A DNA stretch of 64,000 nucleotides. It comes from an uncultured Clostridium sp. Its GTDB lineage: Bacteria > Bacillota > Clostridia > TANB77 > CAG-508. Positions 51,276 through 62,286 of the stretch are shown here, one piece after another. The DNA is taken from the NCBI GenBank assembly GCA_900554815.1, contig USIO01000006.1, forward strand, positions 286-64,285. The letters are read 5' to 3'. The position numbers were made by a program, and so were the translations under genes. The notes beneath the pieces are model-generated. The model ran no database searches. It was not told the origin of the DNA and worked only from the letters and a program-made list of their open reading frames with translations. Within the stretch, counting starts at the first letter, position 1, and each line of letters opens with the position of its first letter.

Positions 51276-53600
51276 GTGAAAATTTTGAAATATTTTGATA
51301 AATTTTTAAAATTTTTAAAAACAGATAGGAATACTTTTATAACATATATTTTAACTCTTGCAACTATTTATATTGTAGTAGATAGAATTATGGAAATTAT
51401 TTTTATGATGTTTACAGGAGTTAGTTCTTCTTATTGGGGGCCTATTACTTATACCTTTGCATTAGCATGTCCTGTTTTTGCTTATTTACTTTCTGGCAGT
51501 TCAAAATTTACAAAGGGTACTAATATGAAGGTTTCATTTTTTTACCTTTACTGCATTTGTTTATATATTATAGCCCTTTCTATGTTTGTACAATGGATTA
51601 ATGTTTTTGCTTGGCTTGCTTTTACATTTGTTCCAAACTTTGTTGGTATTGTAACAGATTTTTCGGATTTAATAAAACCTGCGTTTTCTGCTCTTGCCAT
51701 ATATTTACCACTTGCTACATTTTATCCTTTGTTTAAATGGTTGTTTTTAGGGGTAAATGATACAAAAAAGTGGGTAGATTCTATAAAAGATTATGGTGGC
51801 ATAGATTTATCTCCTAAACCAGAAGGAACTGGTCCTTATTCTTGCGAAGTTACTATTTGTAAAAATGCAGATACTAGTAAAGCTGTAAAAACACCTGAGG
51901 CAAAACGATTTGAAGCTACATTTGTTTGTGGAAGTTCAGGGACTGGAAAAACTTCTATGGTTTTTGAACCAATGATTGCACAAGATATTGAAAAAAAGCA
52001 TTTCTTTAGAGAAGTATCCAAAGAAATGGGATTTACAGCTTTAAAAACTGGATTAGCTGTTTTAAATACACCATATGATAATGAATATTTAAACAATAAT
52101 TTTTCTTTAAACATGATTAAACCAAATTCTTATAATTTAAAACTTTATAATGCTTATATGAAAAAGTTAATTAATTTTTCTTCTGAAGATAAATATATTT
52201 ATAAAGATTTAGGAATTACTTATTTGGCTCCAGATTATGAATCTGTTAATCGCATAATTGATGTTGCTAATAACTACAATATACCAATACATATAGTAGA
52301 CCCTGCTAATAGTAACTCTATTGGAATTAACCCTTTTATTCATAATGATCCTGTAAAAACTGCTATTGCTATTTCTTCTGTTTTAAAGGGAATGTATAGT
52401 ACTTCTCGTGTTGATGTAGAAGAAGCTTTTAGGGAAAATGTTGTTACACAAGCAGTAGAAAATTTATGCATTTTATTAAAAGAAGTATACCCTCAACTAC
52501 ACAATGGAGATTTGCCAACTTTAGAAGATTTATTAAATCTTTTAAATAATTTTGATTTAGTACAAGATATGTGTAATGTGTTAGAACAAGATGAAGAATT
52601 AAAAGAAAAGTACAGTGTTCAATTATCTTATTTTAAAAAGAATTTCTATAAAAATGCTCCTGGAAGAGCAGATACAGAAAAATTTATATATGCTGCCACA
52701 ACTCAGTTAGACGATTTGTTAAGATATCCTGGTATTAAAGCAGTGTTATGTAATAGAAATTATAACATTGATTTTGATAAAGCTTTAGAAAATGGTGAGG
52801 TAACTTTAGTTTGTACAAGGCGTGGCGATTTAGGGGCAACTGCACACAAAGCATTTGGTTTGTTTTTCTTATTGTTAATGCAATATTCGGTATTGACAAG
52901 ACCTGGTAGTGAAAAAACAAGAATACCACATTTTCTATATATTGATGAATTTCCAGAGTTTTTGTGTAAGGCTACTACGCCTATTTTTACATTATATAGA
53001 AAATATAAGGTTGGTACAATTATTTCTGCACAAGGCCTATCTCAATTTGGTGCACAAGGTCAAAACAATTATAGAGCATTAATTTTAGGAAATTGTTCAA
53101 CAAAAATAGTTTTTGGTGGTGCTACCCCAGAAGAAAATGAATGGTGGGCAAAGGAATTCGGTAATCATAGGGAATGGCAATGGACAGATTCTTATGATAC
53201 CAAAAAAGGAGAATATGATCCTAAATTTAGTAATATTAAGTGGGGTTGGAAAGCATATTTCGAAGCAGATAAGTTATCTAAACTTGGATTTAAAAAATGT
53301 GCATATAGAACCAAAACTGTTAAAGGGAAATATACCATTGGTCCTGGTGTTGTAGACTTTCTTTCTTCTAAGTATAAGGAAAAGCAAGAAGATAAGAACT
53401 ATAATTTTTATAGATTTAGTAGTGGTATCCATGACGAAAATAAAAAATCTATTTTTAAAAAGAATAAATCTGTAATAACTAGTCCAGACGATACAAATGA
53501 AGAAATTGATCCAATTCAAACAGATACAACTGATGCAAGCTATTTTTTAAATAGTGATGATGGAATCATTTTTGATTTAAAAAATAGTAAAAAAGAATAA
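51276..53600 (+). CDS. Membrane-anchored P-loop ATPase of the TraG/TraD/VirD4 (type IV coupling protein-like) kind
   Basis: About 5 N-terminal TM helices, Walker A CGSSGTGKTS, Walker B-like HFLYIDEFPEF, and a TKIVFGG motif. The start codon is uncertain (GTG 51276 or TTG 51285). Confidence 0.5.
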   Translation: MKILKYFDKFLKFLKTDRNTFITYILTLATIYIVVDRIMEIIFMMFTGVSSSYWGPITYTFALACPVFAYLLSGSSKFTKGTNMKVSFFYLYCICLYIIALSMFVQWINVFAWLAFTFVPNFVGIVTDFSDLIKPAFSALAIYLPLATFYPLFKWLFLGVNDTKKWVDSIKDYGGIDLSPKPEGTGPYSCEVTICKNADTSKAVKTPEAKRFEATFVCGSSGTGKTSMVFEPMIAQDIEKKHFFREVSKEMGFTALKTGLAVLNTPYDNEYLNNNFSLNMIKPNSYNLKLYNAYMKKLINFSSEDKYIYKDLGITYLAPDYESVNRIIDVANNYNIPIHIVDPANSNSIGINPFIHNDPVKTAIAISSVLKGMYSTSRVDVEEAFRENVVTQAVENLCILLKEVYPQLHNGDLPTLEDLLNLLNNFDLVQDMCNVLEQDEELKEKYSVQLSYFKKNFYKNAPGRADTEKFIYAATTQLDDLLRYPGIKAVLCNRNYNIDFDKALENGEVTLVCTRRGDLGATAHKAFGLFFLLLMQYSVLTRPGSEKTRIPHFLYIDEFPEFLCKATTPIFTLYRKYKVGTIISAQGLSQFGAQGQNNYRALILGNCSTKIVFGGATPEENEWWAKEFGNHREWQWTDSYDTKKGEYDPKFSNIKWGWKAYFEADKLSKLGFKKCAYRTKTVKGKYTIGPGVVDFLSSKYKEKQEDKNYNFYRFSSGIHDENKKSIFKKNKSVITSPDDTNEEIDPIQTDTTDASYFLNSDDGIIFDLKNSKKE

Positions 53601-53671
53601 TTTAGAGATTTTAAAATATATACCATAAAAAAACCAGTTTTATAAAAACTGGTTTTTTTATGAAATACTAT

Positions 53672-54607
53672 TTATTCTAATAATTTTATTGTTGGCTCTT
53701 TCATTTTATATTTATTAGAAGTTTCATCTAAAACAAATTCCACTAAAGTATTGCTTAATGTTTCCTGATTTTGTCTTAAGTCTGTAGAAAAATATAATTT
53801 AATTTTATCTGGTTCTAAATGGTTTTCAGCAATTGTTTTAAAACTTTCTGCCATATGTTTATCATCTTCACAGATAATAATAAGTTGTGGGATTTTTTCG
53901 TATCCACAATCCATTTTTACAAAGTTATCATAGAAATCTTTATATAGCTTCATTCTGTCTATAAATTTCTTTTCCCAATCTTCTTCTCTTCTTGTTACTT
54001 CAAAAATAAAGTCAATTGTTTTATTATTTTTAGCTAATTGTATTCCACCATGTGCCTTAAAAACTTTGCCTAATCTTTTAGCAGATAACATAGGTTTAAC
54101 TGTGTAATTATTATATGCATGCACTTTTCTTATGTAAGCTAAAATTGCTTGATTACCAGCTAGCCTTTTTTTAATCATGCCAACTGGTTTAGTATTATCT
54201 GTTGGTTGCCAATTACACTCTATTCCTCTAGAGTTTAATAAATATTTCCCCATTTTTTCTAGGCAGTATATTCTATATGTACAGTCTCCCATTTCAGATT
54301 TAAAATAGTATCTTGTTAAAATTTTGCATTTAATTAGCTGTTCTAGTTTATTGTTTAACTTGTCTTGTGATTTAACATCTATTTTTCTTTCTTGTAAAAT
54401 TTGGTACAATTGTCGTGATGTAATAAATTCAAACTCATTTACTGTTTCTATTATTTTAAAATGTACTTCTGTAATATGTCCTATATTAATTTTAGTAATA
54501 ATTTGATTAATAGATACATATCCGTCTTTACCATCAAACACCTTTATTTCATTTGCCCTAGCAGCAAATGGTGATGTAGTAGCTTTTATTTCAAAATCTT
54601 CTACCAT
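53672..54607 (-). CDS. Hypothetical protein, possibly replication-relaxation/wHTH family
   Basis: 311 aa. The N-terminal third resembles a winged-helix (FITSRQLYQILQERKIDVKSQDKLNNKLEQLIKCKILTRY). It is convergent with the TraG-like gene. The family call is tentative. Confidence 0.3.
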   Translation of the reverse strand: MVEDFEIKATTSPFAARANEIKVFDGKDGYVSINQIITKINIGHITEVHFKIIETVNEFEFITSRQLYQILQERKIDVKSQDKLNNKLEQLIKCKILTRYYFKSEMGDCTYRIYCLEKMGKYLLNSRGIECNWQPTDNTKPVGMIKKRLAGNQAILAYIRKVHAYNNYTVKPMLSAKRLGKVFKAHGGIQLAKNNKTIDFIFEVTRREEDWEKKFIDRMKLYKDFYDNFVKMDCGYEKIPQLIIICEDDKHMAESFKTIAENHLEPDKIKLYFSTDLRQNQETLSNTLVEFVLDETSNKYKMKEPTIKLLE

Positions 54608-54674
54608 TAAAATTTCCTCCCACTTTAATTTATTAATAATAAACTAAGCTATATTTATTTTATCATATATTGTT

Positions 54675-55390
54675 TTATTTGTCTAATAGTTTTTCTATTT
54701 CTTCGCTATTTAGATATCTCCATTCTCCAAATTTCATATTTTTTACAGATAATATTCCAATTTTACTTCTATGTAGTTTTATTACTTTGTGCCCAATTTT
54801 TTCAAACATTTTTCTTACTTGCCTGTTTTTCCCCTCATGTATTGTAATTTCTATATTTGTCTTATTTGTTTTATCATCATATTTTAGTATTTTTACTTTT
54901 GCTCGCCTTGTTGTGTAATCCTCTATTTTTATGCCTGCTCTTAAATTTTCTATTTCTTCTTCTTTTATTTTTCCACCTATTGTAGCAATATATGTTTTTT
55001 CCACTTCATGTTTAGGATGTGTTATTTTATACACAAATTCGCCATCATTAGTTAGCATAATTGCTCCGAGAAGTGTACATATCTAATCTACCTACTGGTA
55101 CTATTCGTTCTTTTATTGGAATTAAGTCCATTATTTTGGGTCTATTATATTCGTCACTTAATGTTGTAACATACCCTATTGGTTTATTTAAAAGAATATA
55201 TATTTTCTTTTGATACATGTTTATAGGTTTATTATCAAAATACACTTTATCACTAGTATTTATTTTGTCTCCTAGTCCGCGCAATTTTATTATTTATTTT
55301 TATTCTTCCTTGTTTTATATACTCTTCTGCTTTTCTTCTTGAGCAAATCCCTGCTTGGCTTAAAAATTTTTGTAGTCTTATTTCTGGCAT
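54675..55390 (-). CDS. rluB: RsuA/RluB-family pseudouridine synthase with S4 domain; needs two +1 events at in-frame CGG
   Basis: S4 domain MPEIRLQKFLSQAGICSRRKAEEYI. The junctions are CGG 55277..55279 (INNKIA-G-LGDKINTSDKV) and CGG 55066..55068 (catalytic motif GRLDMYTS-G-AIMLTNDGEF). Length 716 nt = 238 codons + 2. Confidence 0.88.
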
Positions 55391-55520
55391 ATTTTCCCTT
55401 TCTTATAAATTATTATAACTATTTATGTTTTTAATCACATTTTTGGTTATATTACATAATATATAATATAACTTTTATCTATTTTAGGTAAAAGATCATA
55501 TAGATTTTCCGGTATAGAGC

Positions 55521-56448
55521 TTATACCGGATTTTGTTTTTTTAAATTTTCTATTAATTCTGTAAAATATTTAGGTAATGGCGCTTCTAGTCTCATTTGTT
55601 CTCCTGTAGTTGGGTGTTTGAATTCCAAGCTAAAAGCATGTAAACATTGTCCTTTTATTTCAAAAGGATTCTTACCATTTGAGTAAATATAATCACCTAC
55701 TATAGGATATCCAATTTCTGCCAAATGTACTCTAATTTGATGAGTTCTTCCTGTATCAATTTTTACTTCTAATAATGAATATCCGCCCTAATCTTTCTAA
55801 TACTCTAAAATGAGTAATAGCTTCTTTCCCGCGTTTAGTTACTGCCATCTTTTTTCTGTCTTTTTGGCTTCTTCCAATAGGCATGCAAACTGTTGCTTCA
55901 TTTTCCTTTACGTTTCCTCGTACAAGGGCAATATATGTTTTTTTTACTTTTCTTTGTTTTATTTGTTCGCTTATATTAATATGAGCTATATCGTTTTTAG
56001 CAATAATTAAAATTCCGGATGTGTCTTTATCTAGTCTATGTACAATTCCTGGTCTTATTTCTCCTCCAATGCCAGACAGAGATTTTTTGCAAATATTCAT
56101 AATTGCATTCACTAAAGTTCCGTCTGGATTTCCATTACCAGGATGAACTACTAATCCCTTTGGTTTGTTTACTACTATAATGTCATTGTCTTCATAAATA
56201 ATTTCTATAGGAATGTTTTGCGCTTTTAGTTTAATTTCTTTTGGTTCCTGTAGTTTTATTAAAACTTTATCTCCTATTTGGACTTTATATGAAGGTTTTT
56301 CTATTTTACCATTTACCAATATATTTTTTTCTTCTATCATTTTCTGAATAGTAACTCTAGATAAGTCATTATATCTTTTTGCTAAAATTTTATCTATCCT
56401 TATTCCAGCTTCATTAGCAATATATTCTCTTTCTTCATATTTTTGCAT
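55521..56448 (-). CDS. rluD: RluA/RluD-family 23S rRNA pseudouridine synthase; needs one +1 event at in-frame CGG
   Basis: S4 domain and catalytic HRLDKDTSG. The junction at CGG 55783..55785 gives [39 protein letters not shown]. Length 928 nt = 309 codons + 1. Confidence 0.9.
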
Positions 56449-56450
56449 AA

Positions 56451-57204
56451 TTAATCGAATTTCCCCTTAGCTTTGTCTCTTTTAAAAATTAATTTTACTA
56501 CATATACTGGTAGCACTGCCATTCTAGTAATTCTACTTGGTTCTAGGCAAAGTCTCCAAAACCATTCCATTCCTATTTTTTGAATCCAAACAGGAGCTCT
56601 TTTTATTCTACCTGCTTCGTAATCAAAAGTTCCTCCCTGCCCAGTTGCTACATCTACTTTAAGTTCTTTGCGGTGATTATAAATCCATTTTTCTTGTCTT
56701 GGAGCACCTGTTGCTACAAATAATACATTAGGTTGTAAATTATTAATTTCTTCTATTACTTCTTTTTCTGTTTTTTCATCTAAGTATCCATGATGTACTC
56801 CAATAATATTTAGTTTTGGAAATATTTTTAGTAAATTTTCCTTTGTTTTTTCTGGTATGCCAGGCTTTCCACCTAAAAGGTAAAATGTTAGTCCCTCTTG
56901 TTCTCCTACTCTTAAGACTTCTCTAAAATAAGCCTGACCGTGGGATTCTTTCTACAAATTTCTTTCCTTGTAATTTTGCTCCCAGCATTATTCCAATACT
57001 ATCTGGAGTTGCAAGGCTTGACAACTTTAAAATATTAAAGAATTCTTTATCTTTTTGTGCTTTCATAATAAACTCTACATTTGGAGCAAATATCATTTTA
57101 CATGTTTTATTGCTTTTTCTTACTAAATCTAATGTTATCTGACCCGCTTCTTCTTTTGTTATATTATCAATTGGTACTCCTAAAATTGTAATTCTTTGTC
57201 TCAT
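56451..57204 (-). CDS. tagA: WecB/TagA/CpsF-family glycosyltransferase; needs one +1 event at in-frame CGG
   Basis: N-terminus ILGVPIDNIT. The junction at CGG 56938..56940 gives FVERIP-G-QAYFREVL..., and the sequence continues through LLGGKPG, LFVATGAPRQEKW and RAPVWIQKIGMEWFWRL. Length 754 nt = 251 codons + 1. Confidence 0.85.
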
Positions 57205-57220
57205 CTTTATTTCACCTCCA

Positions 57221-57682
57221 TTATTTATTTTTAACTGTATATTTAATTGTTAGCACTACAAATACTGCCCAGCCAATTACAATATAAATATCTGCAGTAT
57301 TAAAAATAGGAAAATTCAAAATAGGCGTAATGTCAATAAAGTCTACAACATATCCTCTTATTAGTCTATCTAGTAAATTACTAATTCCACCAGCTAAAAT
57401 TAAGCTCCCACAAAATTTTGTAATTTTGTCCATTTTATTAAATTGAGTAATCATAAAATGTGTCACTATTCCTAATATAATAACATTAGTAATAATAATG
57501 CCTAATAAGTTATTTTGTGCTAGGCTAAATGCTCCTCCTGTGTTTTTAGTAAAAGTAAATTGAATAATCCCATCTATAAAGAAAATTGTGCTATCAGTCA
57601 TGCTTATAATTAATTTTGTAATTTGGTCAATTAATATTAATACCAAAATACTTATAATAATATATACATATTTTTTTTTCAT
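57221..57682 (-). CDS. lspA: Lipoprotein signal peptidase II
   Basis: Motifs NTGGAFS and FNTADIYI, with four TM helices. Confidence 0.9.
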   Translation of the reverse strand: MKKKYVYIIISILVLILIDQITKLIISMTDSTIFFIDGIIQFTFTKNTGGAFSLAQNNLLGIIITNVIILGIVTHFMITQFNKMDKITKFCGSLILAGGISNLLDRLIRGYVVDFIDITPILNFPIFNTADIYIVIGWAVFVVLTIKYTVKNK

Positions 57683-57711
57683 TTGTTATTTACTCCTAAA
57701 ACTTGTATACA

Positions 57712-59328
57712 TTAATTTTGAGCTGACAATCTTTCATATACGCAAAAGTAGCTATCAGAATATATTTGTTTATAATTACTATCTCTTGGTAAAAACAAAT
57801 TAAGTTTTGCATTTTTATGAACAATTACATGAGTAATATTGTATTCTTCAAATTTGTCCTCATAATGTAGCCCTATATTAGAAATATTAATAAAATCTGA
57901 AAAAATGTCTTTTACTTTATTATATTCTTTTGTATATAAATCACACCTTGAGTCAATAAATACAGGTATATCTTGCATTAGTAAATAGCTTCCATAATTA
58001 TATTCATTATACAAACGCATATTTTCTATGTCTATATTTTCTTTTATAAATTTTGCAGCTTTAACAGGATAAGATGCTTCGTTTACAAGAGTATTTCCTA
58101 TCTTAGGTTTTATAACTCCATAGCACAAAATTATAACAATTCCAATCGTAATTAATTTACCTGGTAGAGTAACTACTTTTTTAGTAAATTTTTCTACTCC
58201 ATCCTTATCGTATTTTTCAAATATGGCAGTAACCAGTCTATTTAATATTAAAGTACAAATTAGAATAAACATAGATGCTTGTCTTCTCGACTTTAGTGCT
58301 AATAGTAGCAATCCACCTGTCATAAATAAATCTCGTAATCTAATTTTTGTATCTGTAAACATTAATATTACTATAAATAAAGTAATTAGGCATAAAAAGT
58401 GGACATTCTCAATTAAAGTTAATGGTAAATGTTCATTAATAAATTGTGTTGTATTTCCCCTTAATGTATCATACAAATATGTATAAGGAGTTCCATGTAA
58501 CGGAGTTAGCAATCCAGTTAGTGTGCAAATTGGCATAATTACAATAAGCCATTTTACATTATCATTTTTTACAATTTGTAATTTATATGCATTTTTACTT
58601 ATTTTTTGTTTTTTCTCTTCTATTTGACGAATTTTATCTTCAATTTCTTCTATTTTTGCAACACTAATATCTGTTTGGATTTTCCTAGATTGTATTTTTT
58701 TAATTTTCCATTTTCTAATTACAATGCCTAAATTTCCTAGTAAGGCAATTATGTATTCACCAATATATGGCATAAATAACACAAAGAAAAATGGCCACAC
58801 AGCTACATGGAAATTTGCAATAATTGTTGGGATAATAAATAGCCCAACTGCATATCTTTTTTTCTTTGTAATTAAAAATTGTTCTATACAATATATAGTC
58901 CATATAAATAGGATAAAAGTTACTAATTGTGCTCTTGCTGCAATATAATCTTTTAGTAAAAACATTGCTCCTATTGTAATAATAAACGAAAGAATATTAT
59001 TTTTGGTTAATTTTGCATTAACAAAATAAATGCTTACACCTAAAATAGCAGACAATGCCGCTGTTAATATGTATACTCCTAAAAATCCACCCGCATTATA
59101 AACAAAGTATGTCATTACGTCATATGCCCAATGTGGATATGTGTATGGTAAATTTTCATGCCAAGAAAATGGATCCATCATGTCGATTCCATTTTGTACA
59201 ATATGTTCTCCCACTTTAATTGTGTAATAAGTGTCATTTTGTAAAGTAATTGGTGCTAAAGCAATAGAAAATATTATAACTAAAACAATTGCTAAAATAT
59301 TGAATTTTATTTTTACTTTTTTGTCCAT
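57712..59328 (-). CDS. Polytopic membrane protein (538 aa), possibly glycosyltransferase-C-like
   Basis: About 12 TM helices followed by a soluble C-terminal domain. The family was not confidently recognised. Confidence 0.4.
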   Translation of the reverse strand: MDKKVKIKFNILAIVLVIIFSIALAPITLQNDTYYTIKVGEHIVQNGIDMMDPFSWHENLPYTYPHWAYDVMTYFVYNAGGFLGVYILTAALSAILGVSIYFVNAKLTKNNILSFIITIGAMFLLKDYIAARAQLVTFILFIWTIYCIEQFLITKKKRYAVGLFIIPTIIANFHVAVWPFFFVLFMPYIGEYIIALLGNLGIVIRKWKIKKIQSRKIQTDISVAKIEEIEDKIRQIEEKKQKISKNAYKLQIVKNDNVKWLIVIMPICTLTGLLTPLHGTPYTYLYDTLRGNTTQFINEHLPLTLIENVHFLCLITLFIVILMFTDTKIRLRDLFMTGGLLLLALKSRRQASMFILICTLILNRLVTAIFEKYDKDGVEKFTKKVVTLPGKLITIGIVIILCYGVIKPKIGNTLVNEASYPVKAAKFIKENIDIENMRLYNEYNYGSYLLMQDIPVFIDSRCDLYTKEYNKVKDIFSDFINISNIGLHYEDKFEEYNITHVIVHKNAKLNLFLPRDSNYKQIYSDSYFCVYERLSAQN

Positions 59329-59462
59329 GATTTCCTCCTCGTATTTGAAACTATTTATATATTATCATTTAAACTATAATTGGTCAATAAATACTAAGAA
59401 AAACAGCAAGAAATCTTGCTGTTTTCCCTATATATATATTATTAATATAATGTTTTCATTAT

Positions 59463-60146
59463 TTAAATTGCTTCTTGTTGTGAGTTATCTTCTTCATTAT
59501 TTTTTTGATTGATTACTTCCATACTAATAACAGATACTTCGTAGGCTACCTTATTTAAAATTGTTCCATCTTCTAATTTTTTTTCATAACCTCTGCTTTG
59601 TACTCTACCGACAACTTTAACTTCTGTTCCCACATCCATGTTTTGGCAAAATCTTGCATTTCTTCCCCAAGCAATACATGGAATATAGTCAGATTTATTA
59701 TAAGCTCTGTTAACTGCTAATAAAACATCTGCAATTTCTCTTTTAAATGGTGTTTGTCTATAAATTGGCTTTTTACATATATATCCACTTAAAATTACTT
59801 CATTAGAAACCTTTTCTTTACTAATTGGTAACTCTTCATCATCTGGTAAAATAGTAATTTCTTTAGCAAATACAGTTAAAATTAATCTGCTTTTTTCGTT
59901 TTCATATCCATTATATGATCTAAATTGTCCTTCTATAATAGCTTTTTTCCCAGTAGATATATCTAAATCTGTTAATAATCTTTCAGATATTGTAATTGGT
60001 ATAATATCTGCTGTTTCACTTAGTCTTGGAACTTCTAAATTAAATAAATAAAATTTTTCTCCATAAACTTCATGACTAAATTTTTTTTCATTTACGATTT
60101 TTCCAATTAGCACTAAATGATTGTTTTCTGAATAATTTGTAATCAA
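59463..60146 (-). CDS. Tandem OB-fold single-stranded DNA-binding-like protein
   Basis: Two SSB-like OB segments (HLVLIGKIV...IIEGQFRSY and VILSGYICK...VKVVGRVQSRGYEKK). Confidence 0.5.
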   Translation of the reverse strand: MITNYSENNHLVLIGKIVNEKKFSHEVYGEKFYLFNLEVPRLSETADIIPITISERLLTDLDISTGKKAIIEGQFRSYNGYENEKSRLILTVFAKEITILPDDEELPISKEKVSNEVILSGYICKKPIYRQTPFKREIADVLLAVNRAYNKSDYIPCIAWGRNARFCQNMDVGTEVKVVGRVQSRGYEKKLEDGTILNKVAYEVSVISMEVINQKNNEEDNSQQEAI

Positions 60147-60293
60147 TGTATTTTCCCCCTTAATTTATCTATAGTATTTTTTAATGTTTATACTTTAGAA
60201 TATTCACTATACTCCCTTATTATACTACTTTTTTTGTAGTTTGTCTACATAAAATGTTAAATTTGTTAAAATTTTCATTGTAAATACTAAATT

Positions 60294-60809
60294 TTATTTA
60301 TATAAGAGATTTATAAGCTGTATGCAAATTACTAAATATTTATCAATTAAATTATTATGTTGCATATTAATACAAATTTCTTGTGGCTCTATAATTTTAT
60401 TTTGCAAAGTTTTAATATTTCTTTGTAGGCACAGAATTAATTCATCATCTTCTATACTAGACATTGTTACTGTTGCTTTACCATTAAATCCATAAGTAAT
60501 AAATGTTGCATTTAATTTATTAAGAATACTTAAATTAACTTCATCTGAATTTATAAGAATATATTTTGCATTTGCAATTATTTTTTTAAATTCTTCTTTC
60601 TCTTGTATTTTTTTTATATTATTATTAATTATAAGTGTTTCAAATTTTACGTTTTTAATATTATTAATACTTTTTTCATTTATTGCAATAGTTGGATTAA
60701 TAGTAATTTTTTTAAGTTCTTGTTCTACTAAGTTTTCTTGTTTTTTGTCTACGAAAAAACCAATAAAGCTCATTTTTCTTTTTTCTCCTAGCGCTTTACT
60801 AAAAAGCAA
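60294..60809 (-). CDS. Hypothetical protein (171 aa)
   Basis: Long ORF in the operon orientation. No family recognised. Confidence 0.4.
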   Translation of the reverse strand: MLFSKALGEKRKMSFIGFFVDKKQENLVEQELKKITINPTIAINEKSINNIKNVKFETLIINNNIKKIQEKEEFKKIIANAKYILINSDEVNLSILNKLNATFITYGFNGKATVTMSSIEDDELILCLQRNIKTLQNKIIEPQEICINMQHNNLIDKYLVICIQLINLLYK

Positions 60810-60847
60810 TGTTCACTTTATTGTTATTTTTTCCAATTTACATGGTT

Positions 60848-61636
60848 TTATTCTTTATGTTGCACACCATTTGCATCAATTTTATAATTTTGTTTGTAAA
60901 TTAATTCCGAAACCTTAACTATTTCAAAGCCTGAGGCTTTTATAGTTTTTATAATTCCATTTAAGCTAGCTGCTGTATTTTTAGTTCCATTATGCATTAA
61001 AATAATACTACCCTTTTCTAATTTTGGTTTAATTCTATTAATCATTTCCTGTTCTGTTAAGCCTGTATAGTCTAAGCTATCAATTGACCATTGAATAGTA
61101 ATATGATTTTCATCTTTAGCAGCTTTTAAAACCGTATTATTATATTCACCATATGGTCCTCTATAAAGTGTGGTTTTTTCTCCTGTTATTTTTTCTATTT
61201 TTTGACTGCACTTTTTTATTTCTTCTATATTTTCTTCATAGTTTAAATTAGTAACATGTGGATGTGTGTTAGAATGGTTGGCTATTTCATGTCCTGCTTG
61301 GTAAATTTTGTTCACAGCTTCTTCATATTTATCTACCCAATTACCAACCATGAAAAAAGTAATTTTAATATTATTCTCTTCTAAAACTTTTAAAATGTAG
61401 TCAATATCATCTGCATTCCAAGCGCAGTTCATTGTTAGGGCTACTTTGTTTTCATTAGTTTGTGCGCAATAAACTGGTACTTCTTTTTCTATATAAGATG
61501 TTTGAATAGTTTGATTTAAATTACTTGTAGCACCAATTATAATTAAAACGCCAACTGTACAAAGTACAATTATATAAGATATTAGTTTGTCTTTTTTGAA
61601 TACTAAAAACATCGTCGTCACATCCTTTTTATGCAA
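60848..61636 (-). CDS. Polysaccharide deacetylase (NodB-domain, PdaA/PdaB-like)
   Basis: N-terminal TM anchor and NodB motifs (TMNCAW, TFFMVGNW, HEIANHSNTHPH, LYRGPYG, IILMHN). Confidence 0.85.
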   Translation of the reverse strand: MHKKDVTTMFLVFKKDKLISYIIVLCTVGVLIIIGATSNLNQTIQTSYIEKEVPVYCAQTNENKVALTMNCAWNADDIDYILKVLEENNIKITFFMVGNWVDKYEEAVNKIYQAGHEIANHSNTHPHVTNLNYEENIEEIKKCSQKIEKITGEKTTLYRGPYGEYNNTVLKAAKDENHITIQWSIDSLDYTGLTEQEMINRIKPKLEKGSIILMHNGTKNTAASLNGIIKTIKASGFEIVKVSELIYKQNYKIDANGVQHKE

Positions 61637-61663
61637 TATGCTTTTGAATAAATAATTAGAACT

Positions 61664-62273
61664 TTAATCATATACTTCTTCCAATTTAATTACTAGCCTC
61701 TGTAGTGCTCCTATAGTACAAGTAATTAGTGTTACCCTTCTTTCTCCGTCGCGTTTCTTGTTCCAAGCAAGAGGTATCATTTGGAGATACTTTTTCTATA
61801 GCATATACTTTATAAATATAATATTGTCCATAAAGGTCTGTTAATTTTATTTTATCCCCCATTTCTAATTCTTTTAGTCTCCAAAACATATTAGATCTTA
61901 TATAATTATGACCTGTTATGCAAAAATTACCCACTTTATTAATATCTGGTCCACAAAGTTTTGTTACAGATTTATTTAAAGTTTCCTTGTTTGTTTGGTC
62001 TATTATATAAGTGGTAAGATTTATTTTAGGGATTTCTAATTTCCCTATAATTGGATAATCTTCATATTGACTTGGGATTTCTAATTTTATTTGTTTTGGT
62101 TTAATTCTTATTTTATAGTATGGTTCCTTTGGTTCTATTTGTGTAATAGGTTGTTCCATTTTTTGTTGATTTTTTGGATTCTTTATTGTAATAATACTGA
62201 CTGTAATTAGCAGTATTACAATCAGTATTATTGCAATAAATATAGTTCGTATTTTTATTGCTTTAATTGGCAT
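61664..62273 (-). CDS. srt: Class-A-like sortase; needs one +1 event at in-frame CGG to reach the catalytic TLITC motif
   Basis: N-terminal TM anchor and the GHN context (FCITGHNY). The junction at CGG 61746..61748 gives LEQETR-G-ERRVTLITCTIGALQRLVIKLEEVYD. Length 610 nt = 203 codons + 1. Confidence 0.85.
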
Positions 62274-62286
62274 AATGCCTCCTAAA

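Noticed and set aside
55507-55540. A 9-bp-stem hairpin TCCGGTATA/TATACCGGA followed by a plus-strand T-run, overlapping the rluD stop codon.
   Set aside because: It is oriented as a plus-strand terminator, but no plus-strand gene ends nearby. It may block antisense or read-in transcription, or act bidirectionally. The evidence is not enough to annotate a function.
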